Source: Vulcanimicrobiota bacterium (lineage in GTDB: Bacteria > Vulcanimicrobiota > Vulcanimicrobiia > Vulcanimicrobiales > Vulcanimicrobiaceae). Taken from it: DNA of 64,000 bases. Every line of letters starts with the position of its first letter. Position 1 is the first letter of the stretch. Both the position numbers and the translations under genes were made by a program. Below the pieces are notes generated by a model. That model was not told the origin of the DNA. It did no database searches and saw only the letters and a program-made list of their open reading frames with translations. The DNA lies in the NCBI GenBank assembly GCA_963733295.1, contig CAVTCS010000003.1, forward strand, positions 2,432,001 through 2,496,000, read 5' to 3'. Below are positions 53,890 to 63,634 of the stretch, in pieces.

Positions 53890-53926
53890 AAGACGTCTCC
53901 GCACTTCGCTGTCGAAGGGGCCACCC

Positions 53927-55462
53927 ATGGGCGAATACGACGTGCTGATCGCCGGGGCGGGCCACAACGGCCTGGTCGCGGCAGCCTATCTGGCCAGGGC
54001 CGGAAACCGGGTGCTCGTGCTGGAGCGAGCCGAGCGCATCGGCGGCGCCGCGGTGAGCCTCGAAGTCTGGCCCGGCTGGAAAGTTTCGGCGGCATCGTAC
54101 GTCTGCAGCCTGCTGCATCCGCGCATCATCTCGGAGCTCGAGTTGGAAGCGCGCGGATTCGCCGCGTATGCCAAGGATCCGACCTCGTTCACGCCGCTCC
54201 TCGACGGGCGTTCGCTCTTGCTCGGCCGCGACGACGCGGCCAACGCGCGCGAGATCGGCGCGTTCGAGGCTCGCGACGTCGCGGGCTTCGCTGCTTTCGA
54301 GCGCGAGGCGACGCGTCTCGGAAGCGCGCTCGCCGACGCATTCGACGCCGGCGACGCGAGCGAACGCGACTTCGACGAAGCGACGCGAACGACGCTGCGA
54401 GGTTCGGCCGCGGCGCTCGTCGAGCGTTTCGTGCGAACGCCGGTATTGCAGGCGACGCTCGCGACCGACGGGCTGATCGGAACCGACGCCGGTCCGCACG
54501 ACCCCGGCACGGCGTACGTGCTCGCGCACCACTATGCGGGCCGCGCGCTGGGCAGACAAGGCGCGTGGGGCTACGTCCGCGGCGGTATGGGGAGCATCTC
54601 GAACGCCATCGGCGATGCCGCCCGAGCGGCCGGCGCGCAGATCCGTTGCAACGCCGAAGTCGCGCGGATTTTGACGCGCGACGGGCGCGTGCGAGGCGTT
54701 GCGCTGGCCGACGGCAGCGAGCTTTACGCCGAGACCGTCGTGTCGAATGCGGATCCGCTCACGACGTTCGGCCGTCTCGTCGCAGCCGAAGACCGCACGC
54801 CCGAACTCGAGGCGAAGCTCGCGAGTTGGCGCTGCGAAGGCGTCTCGCTCAAGTTGAACCTCGCGCTGGGCGAGTTGCCGGATTTTACCGCGCGCCCCGG
54901 CCGCGCGGCGGCGCCGCACCATCGCGCGACGGTTCACGTCGCGCCCTCGCTCGAGTATTTGCAGAACGCTTTCAGCGCGGCGCGCGCACTGGGAAGCTCG
55001 CCGGCGCCGATGCTCGAGTGCTTCATCCAAACGCCGACCGAACCCGAACTTGCGCCGCCCGGCAAGCATTTGCTCTCGATTTTTGCGCAATACTTCCCGT
55101 ACTCGCGCGCCGACGGCCCGTGGGATGCGGCAAAGCGCGAAGCCGCCGCCGACGCGATCGTCGCGACGCTGGCCCAGTACGCCCCCAACCTTCCCGGCGC
55201 AATCGAGGCGCGCCAGATTTTGGCGCCGCCGGATCTCGAGCGCGAATTCGGTCTGCACGGCGGCCACATCTTCCATGGCGAACTGCTGCCGGGCCAAATC
55301 TTGAACGAGCGGTTCGCAGCCCGCACGCCGATCGCCGGGCTCTTCTTGTGCGGTTCCGGCGCATCGCCGGGCGGTTGCGTGAGCGGCATTCCCGGTCTGC
55401 GCGCGGCGGAAGCGGTGCTGGTGGCACATCGAATGAAACTCGGCGGACCGGCGCGTGTATGA
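53927..55462 (+). CDS. phytoene-desaturase-like FAD-dependent oxidoreductase (PYROXD2-like)
   Basis: 'GAGHNGLVAAAYLA', 'GGMGSIS', 'GGHIFHGEL', 'LFLCGSGASPGG'. Confidence 0.88.
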   Translation: MGEYDVLIAGAGHNGLVAAAYLARAGNRVLVLERAERIGGAAVSLEVWPGWKVSAASYVCSLLHPRIISELELEARGFAAYAKDPTSFTPLLDGRSLLLGRDDAANAREIGAFEARDVAGFAAFEREATRLGSALADAFDAGDASERDFDEATRTTLRGSAAALVERFVRTPVLQATLATDGLIGTDAGPHDPGTAYVLAHHYAGRALGRQGAWGYVRGGMGSISNAIGDAARAAGAQIRCNAEVARILTRDGRVRGVALADGSELYAETVVSNADPLTTFGRLVAAEDRTPELEAKLASWRCEGVSLKLNLALGELPDFTARPGRAAAPHHRATVHVAPSLEYLQNAFSAARALGSSPAPMLECFIQTPTEPELAPPGKHLLSIFAQYFPYSRADGPWDAAKREAAADAIVATLAQYAPNLPGAIEARQILAPPDLEREFGLHGGHIFHGELLPGQILNERFAARTPIAGLFLCGSGASPGGCVSGIPGLRAAEAVLVAHRMKLGGPARV

Positions 55463-55483
55463 TGGACGGGAGGTGTTGTTACC

Positions 55484-56092
55484 TTGAACGCAGCTGCCGA
55501 CTATGCCGCCGCCCGCGAAGCCATGACCAAACCGCTGCCGGCGTACGTCGCGTACGTTTCGCATACGATAGCCTCATTCGGTCCGTTCAAGCACGATGAC
55601 ACCCGGCACATCGTGGTGCGCACGAGCGACGGCAAAGTCGTCAGCGGTCAACCTTCGAGCGTGAATATCGGCGCAAATACGACGTATTCGAGCGACGTCA
55701 TGACGCACCCGGTGTTCGAAGCGGACTGCTACGCCGCAACGGGCGCGCGCAGTGCGGAGTTCGAGGGTAAGACGGTCGAAGCGCTGAGCATTCACTACAC
55801 GTGCCACAACAACTCCGGCGACAACGAAAAGGATTTCGAAACGCTGTACGTCGACCCCGTGACCCACGATCCGATCGCGGCGGTCGAACAGAACAGCGAT
55901 TCGCACATGGAGGCGTTTCTCGCCCAGCACTTCACCCGCGCCGGCGAGCACGTCGTGCCCTCAGGACTCGACGTCAGGGTCAAGGGCAGCGGCTACTTGG
56001 CTTGGCTCGACATCACCGTGCACCAAGTTTATTCCGGCGTTTCCTTTTCGGAGCATATACCGCCGGCGGCTGCAGCCAGCACCGCACCCTAA
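55484..56092 (+). CDS. hypothetical protein
   Basis: 202-aa ORF in host codon style filling the intergenic space, with a GGAGG upstream. No family recognised. Confidence 0.65.
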   Translation: MNAAADYAAAREAMTKPLPAYVAYVSHTIASFGPFKHDDTRHIVVRTSDGKVVSGQPSSVNIGANTTYSSDVMTHPVFEADCYAATGARSAEFEGKTVEALSIHYTCHNNSGDNEKDFETLYVDPVTHDPIAAVEQNSDSHMEAFLAQHFTRAGEHVVPSGLDVRVKGSGYLAWLDITVHQVYSGVSFSEHIPPAAAASTAP

Positions 56093-56157
56093 GGGCCGCG
56101 AGCGCTCTTTCGTCGTTCCCGCTCGGAAGATGCGGCCGGAACGCCGAAAGCGGCAGA

Positions 56158-56742
56158 ATGCAAACCGAAACCGCCCGGCCGTCCCGCTTCGGCACGACGC
56201 CCGAAGCCGAACTCCCCGACGACATCCGCGAGATCTACGCGACGAATCGCGAGAAACTCGGATTCGTCCCCAACGTTTTTGCGGCGTACGCGAAACGGCC
56301 CGAGCACTTTCGCGCCTTCATGCACTATCACGACGTCCTGATGAAAGGTCCGGGCGGCCTCTCGCGCGCGGAGCGCGAAGCGATCGTCGTCGCGGTGTCG
56401 GCGGAGAATCGCTGCCAGTACTGCGTGACGGCGCACGGTGCCGCGTTGCGCATCCTCGGCAAGGACGAGCAGCTCGCCGATCGCATCGCCATCAACTGGC
56501 GCACCGCCGGCCTCTCGCCGCGCTGGCACGCGATGCTCGCCTTTGCTTCGCGCGTGAACGAGCCCGGCTTCGCGGCGAGCGACGGTGAGATTGCGACGTT
56601 ACGCGAAGCCGGCTTTTCCGACGACGACGTGTGGGACATCGCTGCAATCGCCGCGTTCTTCGGTTTTTCGAACCGTATGGCGGGTGCACTCGACATGCGC
56701 CCAAACCCGGAGTTCTATTCGATGGGACGCGCGAAGGCTTAG
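56158..56742 (+). CDS. peroxidase-related enzyme (AhpD/CMD-like)
   Basis: 'KLGFVPNVF', 'VSAENRCQYCVTAHG', 'FFGFSNRMA', 'PNPEFY'. Confidence 0.9.
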   Translation: MQTETARPSRFGTTPEAELPDDIREIYATNREKLGFVPNVFAAYAKRPEHFRAFMHYHDVLMKGPGGLSRAEREAIVVAVSAENRCQYCVTAHGAALRILGKDEQLADRIAINWRTAGLSPRWHAMLAFASRVNEPGFAASDGEIATLREAGFSDDDVWDIAAIAAFFGFSNRMAGALDMRPNPEFYSMGRAKA

Positions 56743-56746
56743 TCCG

Positions 56747-57298
56747 CTAGGCTGCCATCCCGAGACCGGGCGCGGCGAGTTCGTCGCGCATGCGCCGCTT
56801 GGCGCGTGAAAGATAGGTCTTGACCGTGCCGAGCGGGATGCCGAGAGCGTCGGCGATTTCGCGATAGCGCAAGCCCGAAACGTAGTACAGTTGAAGGACG
56901 CTGCGATAGTGCTCGGGCAGCACGTCGAGCGCGTGCTGCACGCGTTCGGCCTCGTCGTTGCGCAGCGCGTAGTCTTCGGGACCGAGCTCGGCCGGAAGCT
57001 CGTCGCTTGCGGGAAGCGCCGCGGCGCGGCGCCTCCGGCGAATCGCGTCGAGCGAGGCGTTGCGTGCGATCACGAAAAGCCAGCGCGAAAAAGGCCGGTC
57101 GGGGTGGAACGTTTCGAGACGCCGGTACGCGCGCAAGAACGCGTCCTGTGCGATGTCCTTGGCTTCGTCCGCGTCGTGCGTGAGCCGGTAGGCGAGGCGC
57201 GTAACGGGCGCTTGATAGCGGCCGACGAGTTCGTCGAAGGCCTCGCTCGATCCGGCGCGCGCTAGCGTGACGAGCGCGTCGTCTTGCACTTGGCTCAT
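56747..57298 (-). CDS. ECF RNA polymerase sigma-70 factor
   Basis: Region 2 'EAKDIAQDAFLRAY..F..WLFVIARN', region 4 'YREIADALGIPLGTVKTYLSRAK'. Confidence 0.92.
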   Translation of the reverse strand: MSQVQDDALVTLARAGSSEAFDELVGRYQAPVTRLAYRLTHDADEAKDIAQDAFLRAYRRLETFHPDRPFSRWLFVIARNASLDAIRRRRRAAALPASDELPAELGPEDYALRNDEAERVQHALDVLPEHYRSVLQLYYVSGLRYREIADALGIPLGTVKTYLSRAKRRMRDELAAPGLGMAA

Positions 57299-57672
57299 TG
57301 AACGCCCGGCCTGCGAACCGGAGTCCGGCCGGCGTAACGCCGCGTTCGCCACGCGTACAGCACGCAAAGCGCGAACAAGATCGGCGGCACGATCAGATGG
57401 ATGCCGCCGTCGACGCGCCCTGCGGTAACCATCGCGCCGACCATGATCGTGGCGAGCAGCAATGCGACCGGCCGCGTCAGCGCGCCGATCGCGAGCAAGA
57501 CGCCGCACACGACTTCGGTCGCGCCGATCGCTAGCGAGAATATTGCCGGAGCGGGCAGGCCCCAGTGTGCGAATCGATCGGCGTACGTGGCGTGCTCGAT
57601 CAGTTTGTCGGCGCCCGAAACGACGAAGACAAACCCCAGCAGCGAGCGCAGCGCGGCAAGTGCAATCTGCAT
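57295..57672 (-). CDS. DoxX family membrane protein
   Basis: 'RSLLGFVFVVSGADKL', 'EVVCGVLLAIG..TR..AL.LA..MVGA'. Coupled to the sigma gene. Confidence 0.85.
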   Translation of the reverse strand: MQIALAALRSLLGFVFVVSGADKLIEHATYADRFAHWGLPAPAIFSLAIGATEVVCGVLLAIGALTRPVALLLATIMVGAMVTAGRVDGGIHLIVPPILFALCVLYAWRTRRYAGRTPVRRPGVQ

Positions 57673-57952
57673 TGAAATCGGCCGGACCTGTTCCGCGCCC
57701 ACCCACGAAGGCCCGCTCGCATTGGCTAGCAAGCGTGCGTCGCCCGATCCGGGGCGCTGGCCGATATGCTGCGGTCTAAGCGGTCGAAGTATTCGTCGTC
57801 CAGTCGCACGAGAGGCCCGAGCCGCAGCTCGGCAAACCAGAGGGCGAGGGGGCTCACAGAGTCGCTTCTTTGCATTTCGAGCCTCGCATCCCGGAATCGT
57901 TCGATTCCCAGATTGTTTACTGAATCAACTAATCCATTTGTAATCAATATAG

Positions 57953-57982
57953 TTGACGTTGTCAATAGTCTTAACATAGAAT
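57953..57982 (+). promoter_or_regulatory. sigma70-type promoter (TTGACG-N18-TAGAAT) for marR, overlapped by TTGAC-N3-GTCAA inverted repeat
   Basis: AT-rich intergenic region. The -10 ends 6 nt before the GTG start. Inverted repeat at 57953-57965, with a degenerate second copy at about 57913-57931. Confidence 0.65.
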
Positions 57983-57988
57983 GTTTCT

Positions 57989-58441
57989 GTGACCAAAGCG
58001 TCCGTCCCGGGTGCCCCTCCCGCTAGCGCGGGGAGCGAGGCCTGGCAGCTCGTTTACGAGCTGTTCCAAGCAAACAAGCCCTTCATGCACGCGCTCATGG
58101 CGGAGTTCGACTTGACGCCGATTCAGGGCTGGGCCCTGAAGTTGCTCAACGCGCCGCAGCCGCTCACGATGAGCGAATTGGCGGACTCGCTGGGCTGCGA
58201 CGCCTCCAACGTCACGACGATCGTCGACCGCCTCGAGACGCGTGGTTTCGTCGAGCGGCGTCCGTCGGCGATGGACCGCCGAGTGAAAGAGCTCGCCTTG
58301 ACGCCGAGCGGGGTCGACCTCATCGACCGCATCGCCATTCGGATGCATCAGCCGCCTCCCCCGATCGACAACCTCTCGCAAACCGATCAGGAACAGCTGC
58401 GCGATATCTTGCGCCGGGCTCTGGATTCGATCGAGGCGTAA
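57989..58441 (+). CDS. MarR family transcriptional regulator
   Basis: 'TMSELADSLGCDASNVTTIVDRLETRGFVER....DRRVK...LTPSG'. Confidence 0.92.
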   Translation: MTKASVPGAPPASAGSEAWQLVYELFQANKPFMHALMAEFDLTPIQGWALKLLNAPQPLTMSELADSLGCDASNVTTIVDRLETRGFVERRPSAMDRRVKELALTPSGVDLIDRIAIRMHQPPPPIDNLSQTDQEQLRDILRRALDSIEA

Positions 58442-58448
58442 GCCTCGC

Positions 58449-59417
58449 TTAGGGAGCGACGATCGCGGCGTAACTTCGCGGGTCGACGTTACCGCCGCTG
58501 AGAACCACGCCCACCCGCCGGCCCGTCACGTTTAACTTTGCGCTCAAGACTGCGGCGAGCGCGGCGGCGCCGCTCGGTTCGATCACGAGCTTGAGACGCT
58601 CGAAGGCAAAGCGCATCGCTTCGCGGAGCTGCTCGTCGCTCACCGTCAGGATTCCGGCGCATAGCCGCTTGACGATCGGAAAGGTCAGTCGCCCAGGCGC
58701 CCGGGTTCGCTGACCGTCAGCGATCGTGTCGGGAACGGCGATCTCGATCCGCTCGCCCGCGGCGAAGGAGCGCGCGAAATCGTCGCCCGCTTCGGGCTCG
58801 ACGCCGTAAACCTGGATCTGGGGCTGCAGCGCGGTCGCGGCCAAGGCGCAACCCGCAGTCAATCCGCCGCCGCCCGTCGGCACGATCAGGAAGTCGAGCT
58901 GCTGGACCTCTTCGAGCAACTCGAGCGCGACGGTGCCTTGTCCCGCAATGATCGCGTCATCGTCGTAGGGCGGCACCAGCGTCGCGCCGCGCTCGCGCGC
59001 GATCGTCGCGGCCAGTTCCTCGCGATTCGTGCCGCCTGCGTAGAACACGATCTCCGCACCGTATTCGAGCGTAGCCGCGCGCTTGGCGGCGGGAGCGTTC
59101 TCGGGCATGACGATCGTCGCCGGAATACCCAAGAGTTGCGCAGCCAGCGCGACGCCCTGCGCGTGGTTTCCGCTCGAAAAGGCGACGACGCCGCGCTCGC
59201 GTTCCGCCGCAGAGAGTTGCGCGAGCCGGTTGTAGGCGCCGCGAAATTTGAAGGCGCCCATGCGTTGCAGGTTCTCGCACTTGAGGAATACGGCGGCACC
59301 GCAGCGTGCGTCGAGCGTGCGCGAAGTCACCATCGGCGTCCGGTGCGCGACGCCGCTCAGACGTTGCGCCGCCGCGCGAACGTCGGCGAGGGTCAGCTCG
59401 CCGGTCGACGACTTCAC
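58449..59417 (-). CDS. PLP-dependent threonine/serine dehydratase (serine racemase / hydroxyaspartate ammonia-lyase-like)
   Basis: 'KCENLQRMGAFKFRGA', 'SSGNHAQG', 'GGGGL', 'SGGNVD'. Confidence 0.9.
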   Translation of the reverse strand: MKSSTGELTLADVRAAAQRLSGVAHRTPMVTSRTLDARCGAAVFLKCENLQRMGAFKFRGAYNRLAQLSAAERERGVVAFSSGNHAQGVALAAQLLGIPATIVMPENAPAAKRAATLEYGAEIVFYAGGTNREELAATIARERGATLVPPYDDDAIIAGQGTVALELLEEVQQLDFLIVPTGGGGLTAGCALAATALQPQIQVYGVEPEAGDDFARSFAAGERIEIAVPDTIADGQRTRAPGRLTFPIVKRLCAGILTVSDEQLREAMRFAFERLKLVIEPSGAAALAAVLSAKLNVTGRRVGVVLSGGNVDPRSYAAIVAP

Positions 59418-59794
59418 GGCTTGGCGTCGGGAGGCGGATGGATGCGAAACGCGGCGATCTTTCCGTCGGAGTCGATGCGCATTTGAATTTGCCACGTCGC
59501 TTTGTCGAACACGGCGTCGAGGACATGGACTCCGGCCGTTTCGCCGGCCACCTTTTCCTCGCGCGCGCGCTTGAACGAACCGAGCGCAACGAGTTCGTCG
59601 GAGAGTTCCCCGACTTTCGCGCGGTTTTCGAGTTGCGGGCGCGCCAGCGCGTTGAAATCCTTCTCGACCGGACGCATGTCGTTGGCGACGATCGCGCGCG
59701 TTACTTGGTCCGCTAACTGCTCGTAGTGATTTTCGCCGCCGCAGGCGGCAAGCGCCAGGACGAGGGCCGTAAGACCGGATTTGATTCGTTTCAT
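59414..59794 (-). CDS. small lipoprotein
   Basis: 'MKRIKSGLTALVLALAAC' lipobox. Coupled to the prfC stop. Confidence 0.75.
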   Translation of the reverse strand: MKRIKSGLTALVLALAACGGENHYEQLADQVTRAIVANDMRPVEKDFNALARPQLENRAKVGELSDELVALGSFKRAREEKVAGETAGVHVLDAVFDKATWQIQMRIDSDGKIAAFRIHPPPDAKP

Positions 59795-61437
59795 GGGCCG
59801 GCTACCTCCGTCGGCTCGACGGCCGAACCGAATTCCACGAAGTGCAACGAGGGGTTCCACTCGGCTGCCAGCCGCAGGCTCCATTCGCTCTCGAAGAGCG
59901 CGACCGGTCTATTCTCCGAATCGAGGACCAGCTTCGCGTTGGAAGGCCATTTGGCCGAAGCCAACGCTTCGGGCGAACCGCCGACGTGACGCGCGAGCGC
60001 GTAGGGAAGCGGCGAAAACTGCGTCTTGACGGCGTACTCCGCCTCAAGGCGATACTTCGCGACCTCGAATTGCAATTCGCCCACCGCAGCGAAGATCGGT
60101 TCCGAACGAACTTGGCCTTCGACATACAGAACCTGGATCGCGCCCTCTTCGGCCAGCTGCGCGATGCCCTTGCCGAACGATTTGTAGCTGCCGGTGTCGA
60201 CGTTGCGGACCGAGGCGAAGTGTTCCGGGGCGAACGCGGGAATGCGATCGTACGCGAGCGTGGGCAAGCCGGTGCAGAGCGTGTCGCCGATCGCGAACGT
60301 GCCGGGATTGGCGAGGCCCACGACGTCCCCTGCGAACGCGTCGTCGACGACTTCGCGCTCGCTCGCGAAGAGCTTCATCGGACGCGTCAAGCGCACGTCT
60401 TTCCCGGTGCGAGCGTTCCGCACCAGCATATCGCGCTCGAACTTGCCGCTGCAAACGCGCAAGAACGCAACCCGGTCACGGTGGCGCGGATCCATGTTGG
60501 CCTGAATCTTGAAGATGAATCCGGAAAAGCGATCGGAAGCGGGATCGACGGCTTCGACGTCGCTGCCGACCACGCTGTGTGCGTAGCGCGCGGCCGGCGG
60601 CGGCGCCATTTCGAGAAAGCCGTTGAGAAAGAGTTCGACGCCGAAGTTCGTGACCGCGCTCCCGAAGAACACGGGCGTTACTTCGCCGCGAAGCATCGCA
60701 TCGCGCTCGAACGGAGCACCCGCGCCTTCCAGCAGATCGAGCTCCTCCCGGAAGCGGCGATAGGTGCCTTCGTCGGTGAGCCCGGCGATCTGCGGATCGT
60801 CGACGTCGCGCACGCGAACCGGCGCGCGCTTGGCGCCGTGCTCGGTGCGCTCGAAGGTGTGGATCTCGTGGGTGCGCCGGTCGAACACGCCGCGAAACGA
60901 AGGTCCGTTGCCGAGCGGCCAGTTGATCGGAAACGCACCGATCCCTAAGATCTTTTCGAGCTCGTCGAGGAGTTCGAGCGGATCGCGCGCCGGACGGTCG
61001 AGCTTGTTCATGAACGTGAACAACGGAATGCGCCGCGCCCGGCAGATCGCGAACAGTTTTTTCGTTTGCGGCTCGACGCCTTTGGCGGAGTCGATCAACA
61101 TCACCGCGCTATCCGCGGCGAGCAGCGTCCGGTACGTATCTTCGCCGAAATCTTGGTGGCCCGGCGTGTCCAGCAGGTTGAGCGTGAAGCCCTTGTATGG
61201 AAACTGCAGCACGGTCGACGTGATCGAGATGCCGCGTTCGCGCTCGAGCGCCATCCAGTCCGAGGTCGCGGAGCGCGCGCGACGGCGCGCGGCGACTTGG
61301 CCGGCGGTATTGATCGCCCCGCCGTAGAGCAGAAGCTTTTCGGTGAGAGTCGTCTTGCCGGCGTCGGGATGCGAGATGATGGCGAAGGTGCGGCGCGTTT
61401 CAACGGCCTGCGCGAGCGCGGGATCGTGGGTAAGCAT
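59791..61437 (-). CDS. prfC: peptide chain release factor 3
   Basis: 'RRTFAIISHPDAGKTTLTEKLLL', 'DTPGHQDF', 'FKIQANMDPRHRDR', 'VGELQFEV'. Confidence 0.97.
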   Translation of the reverse strand: MLTHDPALAQAVETRRTFAIISHPDAGKTTLTEKLLLYGGAINTAGQVAARRRARSATSDWMALERERGISITSTVLQFPYKGFTLNLLDTPGHQDFGEDTYRTLLAADSAVMLIDSAKGVEPQTKKLFAICRARRIPLFTFMNKLDRPARDPLELLDELEKILGIGAFPINWPLGNGPSFRGVFDRRTHEIHTFERTEHGAKRAPVRVRDVDDPQIAGLTDEGTYRRFREELDLLEGAGAPFERDAMLRGEVTPVFFGSAVTNFGVELFLNGFLEMAPPPAARYAHSVVGSDVEAVDPASDRFSGFIFKIQANMDPRHRDRVAFLRVCSGKFERDMLVRNARTGKDVRLTRPMKLFASEREVVDDAFAGDVVGLANPGTFAIGDTLCTGLPTLAYDRIPAFAPEHFASVRNVDTGSYKSFGKGIAQLAEEGAIQVLYVEGQVRSEPIFAAVGELQFEVAKYRLEAEYAVKTQFSPLPYALARHVGGSPEALASAKWPSNAKLVLDSENRPVALFESEWSLRLAAEWNPSLHFVEFGSAVEPTEVAGP

Positions 61438-61464
61438 TTCGTCGTTCTTACGACACTCCGGAGG

Positions 61465-61986
61465 CTACGGCCCGTTGCGGCCTACAAGCGGCGTGAGTAC
61501 GACCTTCGAGCCGCTCGGCAGGCGATAGACGCGCAGCTCGGCGCCGTTCGCGGTGCGGCGCACGAAACCAAAGCGTTCCGGCCAGCGATAGAACTGCGTG
61601 CTGGGAGGAATCACGAGGCGCTCGCTGCCGCGTTCGACGGTCGCGAAGCCCGCTGAGATTTCGAGCCGGCAGTCGGCGCTGCGGAGCTGCGCTCGACCCG
61701 CAACGGCCACTGCACCGACGGGCAATTGGGAGCGCACGTATGCCGGCGAACCGCGCGCCGAGAGCACCTGCTCGAAGCACTCCGGGAGTGCCGAAAGCGC
61801 CCAAGGGGCGTTGCCGTTGACCTCCGTTGGGACGTACGTCGACGGACCTTGCTTGCGAGGCGCACTCGGCGAGCCCGTCGATTGCACCGGCGCGACGCGG
61901 AGCGCGTGGGCTTGCTGGTTAAAGCGGAGCAAGACGAGCAACGCTCCAACGACGATCGCCGTAGCGAGCGCGTAGAAGCGCAGCAG
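61465..61986 (-). CDS. membrane-anchored hypothetical protein (start uncertain)
   Basis: Open frame with N-terminal TM 'LRFYALATAIVVGALLVLLRF' directly after the upstream stop. Confidence 0.6.
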   Translation of the reverse strand: MLRFYALATAIVVGALLVLLRFNQQAHALRVAPVQSTGSPSAPRKQGPSTYVPTEVNGNAPWALSALPECFEQVLSARGSPAYVRSQLPVGAVAVAGRAQLRSADCRLEISAGFATVERGSERLVIPPSTQFYRWPERFGFVRRTANGAELRVYRLPSGSKVVLTPLVGRNGP

Positions 61987-63096
61987 TTAGGCCGCGCTTT
62001 CTTCCGATTCGGACTTGGCCAAATCGCTGGCGCCGACGTCGACGTGAAAGCGTCCCACGCGCGTGTCGGCCATTCCGTAGTAAACGTCGTACGAACGGGC
62101 ACCGTCGCCCGGCGGCACGTCGAGGCCGGTCGGAAAGACGACGTTGCTCACGACACCCTGACGTTCGTATGGCGTTTCGGGCGACAGGAGAGGCTCCGGC
62201 GAACGATACAGCACGCAATCGGGCCGGTCGGCGTCGTGGATCACGAGCCCGGCACTATAACGCATGCCACAAAACTGTCCGGCGTCGTCGTACTGTCCGT
62301 CGACGCCGTGAAAAAACGAGAGCCAGCCTTCGGCGATGCGCACCGGAGGAGTGCCGGCACCGTTCTTGACGCGGCCCCAGCGATGATCGGGGGCGAGCAC
62401 GAGCGTGCTTTCGGCGACCTTGCGAACCGCGGAACGATCGTGCAGTGCCGCTTCGAGCGGCACGTACGCGATCCGCGTGCTCTCGCGATCGCGCGCCGGC
62501 ATCGAAAGAATGATGGGAACAGCTCTGGCACCGTCGACCGCGGAGATGTGCAGCATGGGCCGATGATAGAAGGCGAAGCTCGGCACGCCTTTGGGCGACA
62601 AGACCGGTTCGGGAAAGAACGCGGCGTCTTTGTCGTCCCCGCAGGGCAGCCCCGGCGCCGAGAAATCGGCGAGGCCGAGACGTTCCCAAGCATACCCGTC
62701 GTGCGATTGCGCGAAAGCGATGCGCGGACCGTCCGGTCCGTACGCCGTGTACAACATCAAATAGACGTCCAGCAACGGCACGAACGTCACCCGCGGATCC
62801 TCACACCCGTAACCGCCCGGAGCGTCGCGTAATTCGTACGGCTCGCGCGGCTCGAGCGCGAATCCCGCGCGAGTGTAGCTCGGCGCAGCGGATGTGCCTG
62901 AGACCTCGACGATGCCGATGCGCGAGACGTTTCCGCGCGCGACCATGCGCGGATAGATAAGGAGCTTGCCCTCGCGCGAACGCGTTACGGCAGGATTGAG
63001 TACGCCTTCAGCTTCGGCGGGATCTCCGTTCGGTTCGAGCACGACGCCCAAACGCGTCACGCGTGTATCGACCGAGACAATGGCGCTGCGCTGCAT
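61987..63096 (-). CDS. GH130-like five-bladed beta-propeller glycosidase/phosphorylase
   Basis: 'GVLNPA', 'GCEDPRVT', 'DKDAAFFPE', 'FYHRP', 'G.GTPPV', 'G.V.NVVFP', 'YYGMAD'. Confidence 0.85.
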   Translation of the reverse strand: MQRSAIVSVDTRVTRLGVVLEPNGDPAEAEGVLNPAVTRSREGKLLIYPRMVARGNVSRIGIVEVSGTSAAPSYTRAGFALEPREPYELRDAPGGYGCEDPRVTFVPLLDVYLMLYTAYGPDGPRIAFAQSHDGYAWERLGLADFSAPGLPCGDDKDAAFFPEPVLSPKGVPSFAFYHRPMLHISAVDGARAVPIILSMPARDRESTRIAYVPLEAALHDRSAVRKVAESTLVLAPDHRWGRVKNGAGTPPVRIAEGWLSFFHGVDGQYDDAGQFCGMRYSAGLVIHDADRPDCVLYRSPEPLLSPETPYERQGVVSNVVFPTGLDVPPGDGARSYDVYYGMADTRVGRFHVDVGASDLAKSESEESAA

Positions 63097-63119
63097 CTCC
63101 CCCCTTGTGCCGGTATGTT

Positions 63120-63557
63120 TTATCGCAAGACGGTCGTCGCGACGGTGGAACCACCGGGCGTGACGACGTCGATGCTCGAGCCTGTTCGGTAAACCGAGTT
63201 GGGCACGATCCAAAGCGTATAGGTGCGGTATTCGGAGGCCGGTTCCCCACCATCCGCCGGTGCGTTCTCAAATGCGACGATGCGCACGCGCTCGGCGTTC
63301 GCCCGAATCGACTCGATCACTTGTCGCCAGCCCGTCTGAGCGTGTGGTCCCATCAAAAGAATGACGCCGAACTCATGGTTGAATTTGACCGCGGCGTGGA
63401 TTCCGAAATCGCCCAGATCGTGGGTGTTGCGAACCACCGCGATCTGATCGCCTCCCAGAACAGTCGTCGTCCCGTGGGCGTAACTCTTTACCCGCACCTC
63501 GCGACAGCCGGCAAGGAGCACCAGAGCGGCTGCCGCCACGGCCACGAGCCTCTTCAT
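63120..63557 (-). CDS. lipoprotein, possibly PrcB C-terminal-like
   Basis: 'MKRLVAVAAAALVLLAGC' lipobox. 'FNHEFGVILLMGP..TGW..IESI' loosely resembles PrcB_C. Confidence 0.7.
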   Translation of the reverse strand: MKRLVAVAAAALVLLAGCREVRVKSYAHGTTTVLGGDQIAVVRNTHDLGDFGIHAAVKFNHEFGVILLMGPHAQTGWRQVIESIRANAERVRIVAFENAPADGGEPASEYRTYTLWIVPNSVYRTGSSIDVVTPGGSTVATTVLR

Positions 63558-63634
63558 GTGGCCGCCGCTTTCGAGGAATGAACGCGTCGGCCTAGCGAAC
63601 CATATGAGACCGCAAAACGGCTGGGAGAGCGAGC

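Noticed and set aside
53854..55599. Long alternative-frame and antisense ORFs (e.g. 53854-55599+, 53888-55564-, 42230-43717-, 50697-52076-)
   Set aside because: Arg/Ala-rich shadow ORFs expected in high-GC DNA overlapping well-supported genes.
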